Of a stretch of DNA of 64,000 nucleotides, positions 58,872-64,000 are shown one piece after another (the stretch's first letter is position 1; the number at the start of each line of letters is the position of its first letter). The notes beneath the pieces are model-generated. The model saw nothing but the letters and a program-made list of their open reading frames with translations. It was not told the origin of the DNA and searched no databases. Origin of the DNA: Chloroflexota bacterium (GTDB lineage Bacteria > Chloroflexota > Anaerolineae > Anaerolineales > DRMV01). The position numbers and the translations under genes were made by a program. The stretch lies in the NCBI GenBank assembly GCA_011322445.1, contig DRMV01000033.1, positions 97,560-161,559 on the forward strand. The letters are read 5' to 3'.

Positions 58872-59959
58872 AGAGGCTCTCCTGGACTCATGGTTTCGGT
58901 TTTCTCAGCCGCCGCGCCCGCCAGCCGTTCCCATGCCTGTTGAGCAAGGGCAGGTACGATTTCGTAGCCCACGCCGTGGCGCCCCAGGTCGCGCGCCGCG
59001 AGCAGGGTCGTGCCGCTGCCGAGGAAGGGATCGAGCACGGTTTCGCCCACGAAACTGTAGGCGCGAATCAGGCGGGCAGGCAGGTCGTAAGGGAAGGGCG
59101 CAACATGGCTGCGACGGCTGCCGCTGCCTTCCGGTTTCAGCAGCCAGACATCGCTTTTCTTGATTTCCAGCCAGAAAGCCTTGTCGAGCCGTGAGGCTTC
59201 CCGCTGCTCAGGGGTGAGGTGGGCATATTTGCGGTAGCCTTTGGGGGCAGGCTTTTCAAATTCCAGGATGAACTCGTGGGCAAAGTTGAGCAGGATGCCA
59301 CCGGGGTAAGGGTAAGTGCCGAAATGGGCGCGCACCGAGTTGGCCTTGTGCCAGACGATTTCCCGCTTGAAAATGAAACCAATGCTCTCGCAAAGGTCAA
59401 TGGTCTTGCCCACCAGGTTGAGGGTGCGAAAGGTGCCGTCCTGGCGCACCGGCAGGTTCATCAGGTTGATAAACGCCTTGCGCCCGGGCTGCAGCACCCG
59501 ATAAACCTCTGCCCACACTTTGCCGATTTCCGCGAGCCAGGTTTCCAGATCGTGGATGTCGCCCAAATTGCCCGGCAACGGCCCGGCAGCGTACATCTTG
59601 GCGTCGAAATAAGGCGGCGAAGTGACCATCAAATGCACACTGCCGTCGGCGAGGTGATGCATGTGACGGGCATCGGCCACGAAAATGCGCTGGCGGGTGC
59701 CGTTGCCCTCGGCTTCCAGCACTTCCACGGCGGGTGCGGCTTCGCCCGCAGGCCCCGGAAAGCGGCCTTCCTGCACCAGGCGCAGGAGGTCGGCGCGGTC
59801 GAAGCGGTGCTGACCGCTGGCAGCGCGGTGAGTCGGCACGATGCCTTCCCGGATGGCAGCCTGCACGGCAGCCACCGGCACGCCCAGTACCCGCGCAGCC
59901 TCCCCCACCGAGAGGTAGCGGCGGGCGGCGTAATCTTCCGCAGGGCGGCGCGCATTCAT
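58868..59959 (-). CDS. Orphan beta-class DNA methyltransferase (SPPY, N4-mC/N6-mA type) with N-terminal excisionase-like HTH
   Basis: YLSVGEAARVLGV HTH; VTSPPYF precedes VLDPFLGSGTT. Confidence 0.88.
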   Translation of the reverse strand: MNARRPAEDYAARRYLSVGEAARVLGVPVAAVQAAIREGIVPTHRAASGQHRFDRADLLRLVQEGRFPGPAGEAAPAVEVLEAEGNGTRQRIFVADARHMHHLADGSVHLMVTSPPYFDAKMYAAGPLPGNLGDIHDLETWLAEIGKVWAEVYRVLQPGRKAFINLMNLPVRQDGTFRTLNLVGKTIDLCESIGFIFKREIVWHKANSVRAHFGTYPYPGGILLNFAHEFILEFEKPAPKGYRKYAHLTPEQREASRLDKAFWLEIKKSDVWLLKPEGSGSRRSHVAPFPYDLPARLIRAYSFVGETVLDPFLGSGTTLLAARDLGRHGVGYEIVPALAQQAWERLAGAAAEKTETMSPGEPL

Positions 59960-59987
59960 GCACCAATTGTATCATCGCTGCGTCGCC

Positions 59988-60027
59988 TCTAACACAATGC
60001 TAATCTCCCTCTTATACGCTTCTTACA
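59988..60027. promoter_or_regulatory. Four 11-bp-period direct repeats (TCTAACA, GCTAATC, TCTTATA, TCTTACA) in the MTase/clpB divergent promoter
   Basis: Units start at 59988, 59999, 60010, 60021. Confidence 0.5.
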
Positions 60028-60118
60028 CCCCTCGGCTACCCTAAAGACGGCAGAGATATCACCGCCGACGGCCGACGCGCGCCGTGCGGCCGCGGCGTTT
60101 CCCAAAGGAGGACCAACC

Positions 60119-62707
<2,589 letters not shown>

Positions 62708-62711
62708 AGTC

Positions 62712-62751
62712 AAAGACTTCCGAGGTTTCCCAACCTCGGAAGTCTTTTTTT
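62712..62751. terminator. Perfect 16-bp hairpin terminator after clpB
   Basis: AAAGACTTCCGAGGTT-TCCC-AACCTCGGAAGTCTTT-TTTT. Confidence 0.85.
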
Positions 62752-62841
62752 GTCGGGAAACACGGCCACCTGTGCCGCAACGGTACCGGAGCGCCTCTGT
62801 TCAGAATCCGGTATACCTTCAACGGCCCCCACGCGCCCGCC

Positions 62842-64000
62842 TCACGGCGTGGTGGGGAGCACCCGCAACACACCGTAGGTGTACTGCTTGTCAATGATGG
62901 TTATCACCACGTCGGCGTGCCATCGCCTGCCATCGGGGGCAGTGTAAGTAGCCTGGAGCCAATAACCCACGTCGCCCAGCGCCCCCTGGCCGGTAATTTG
63001 CCACTTCTTCGACTGCAATTGCCCGGCAAAGGCCTTGCCCTGGGCAAGGGGGGAAAGGTCAGCCCACCAGGACGAATAAGCGACATAGCCCCTGGAAAAA
63101 CCCTCGTTCCCAAGGAGGCTCAACCCACCGCCGGATTCCTGAACTTTGGAACCCAAAACGAGTTGCACGATCGGCGCCGAATGAGCCTGCGCCCGATCAT
63201 GCCACGGGCCGCCCGACAGGCAAGCATGGCCGGTCGTCGCAAACTCCCACTGCACGCGGGTGTGCCCCGAGGGGATTTCTGCGTAATTTGCCATCAGGGA
63301 AGCGCTTCCCGCGCCGCAAAACAGGTCAAAGTGCACCGGAGGGGAAGGGGGAACAAAACCCACCTCATCGGCTTCCGTCTGGGGGAACGGTGTGGCCTTC
63401 CACCCTGCAGCGGAAAGCAGGTTGCCGAGCGCGCTTTTGGCCTGGGCCGGGCTTTGCGGCACGCTGAAAACCATCTTCCACGACTTGCTGCCGTCCGGAT
63501 AAACGGTCTTCTGGACCTGCCGCCATGTCGCCTCGGGCGGCTTGGGCACTCCCTGCGGCCAGGAGGAAGGCGCAGTCGCAACCCAAACCTCCCGCGGCCT
63601 GGCGAAGTAAGGGTCCCAGTGGCTCAGTGCGAGGGCACGGCGCAAGGCAAGCACATCATCGGTGCGGCCGTGGAGCACAGGGGACGCAAGCCGAGGCGGA
63701 GCACTCGGCTGCGTACCGACGACGCCGTTCCACAACCACACATCAAAGAGAGGGGCTTTGCCCACCACAAGGAGCATTGCGTTGGGCAAAGACGCGTCCT
63801 TTTTGGAAGCCCGAATGACCGCGGCTTCCCCTTCGTTCATCTTTGCCTGGGCCTGCGTGAGGATTTGCCACCCTTGCGCACTGAGTTGCTGGCTGAAACC
63901 GCCGACCAGCGCAGCAATGCCCTGGGGGCTGGAAAACCGCCGCTTGAAGACCCATTCACCCGGGCCGCCGCTGCTCCCTTCGCCCTCCACGGCGCGAGTG
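62842..64000 (-). CDS. Hypothetical (probably exported) protein, 5' end beyond window
   Basis: Open frame of more than 380 codons, open to the window edge; no family recognised. Confidence 0.65.
   Translation of the reverse strand, partial: TRAVEGEGSSGGPGEWVFKRRFSSPQGIAALVGGFSQQLSAQGWQILTQAQAKMNEGEAAVIRASKKDASLPNAMLLVVGKAPLFDVWLWNGVVGTQPSAPPRLASPVLHGRTDDVLALRRALALSHWDPYFARPREVWVATAPSSWPQGVPKPPEATWRQVQKTVYPDGSKSWKMVFSVPQSPAQAKSALGNLLSAAGWKATPFPQTEADEVGFVPPSPPVHFDLFCGAGSASLMANYAEIPSGHTRVQWEFATTGHACLSGGPWHDRAQAHSAPIVQLVLGSKVQESGGGLSLLGNEGFSRGYVAYSSWWADLSPLAQGKAFAGQLQSKKWQITGQGALGDVGYWLQATYTAPDGRRWHADVVITIIDKQYTYGVLRVLPTTP

Noticed and set aside
58868-59959. Complete restriction-modification system
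   Set aside because: No nuclease or specificity subunit adjacent

Overview
GC-rich (roughly two-thirds G+C by eye) bacterial chromosome segment. Gene content and style suggest Chloroflexota (Anaerolineae-like), probably thermophilic (ttuA/ttuB); this taxonomy is inference. The window is mostly housekeeping: pth, mfd, moaC/D/E, fabF, rnc, xseAB, hbd/thiolase, a glyA-gcvT fusion, tRNA-Leu(UAA), miaA, groES, two trxB, mdh, citrate synthase, aspS, smc, ftsY, frameshifted prfB, queF/yhhQ, ttuAB, hpt, alaS, clpB. No CRISPR array, rRNA or prophage was seen. The most unusual layer is a set of small, transposase-less repeat families. (1) A GATC-bounded cruciform palindrome sits in-frame inside two proteins (Mfd and GlyA-GcvT), adding nearly the same Pro/Gly peptide. 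(2) A CAGATT/AATCTG inverted-array element occurs as three empty copies and one copy carrying a MenAT-like nucleotidyltransferase toxin-antitoxin pair. (3) Several 7/8-mer tandem arrays overlap gene stop codons. Protein-level oddities include a His-less sensor kinase, an NADH-type/NADPH-type TrxB pair, a loop-deleted (CC-adding-like) tRNA nucleotidyltransferase, a eukaryote-type citrate synthase and an HTH-fused orphan methyltransferase.
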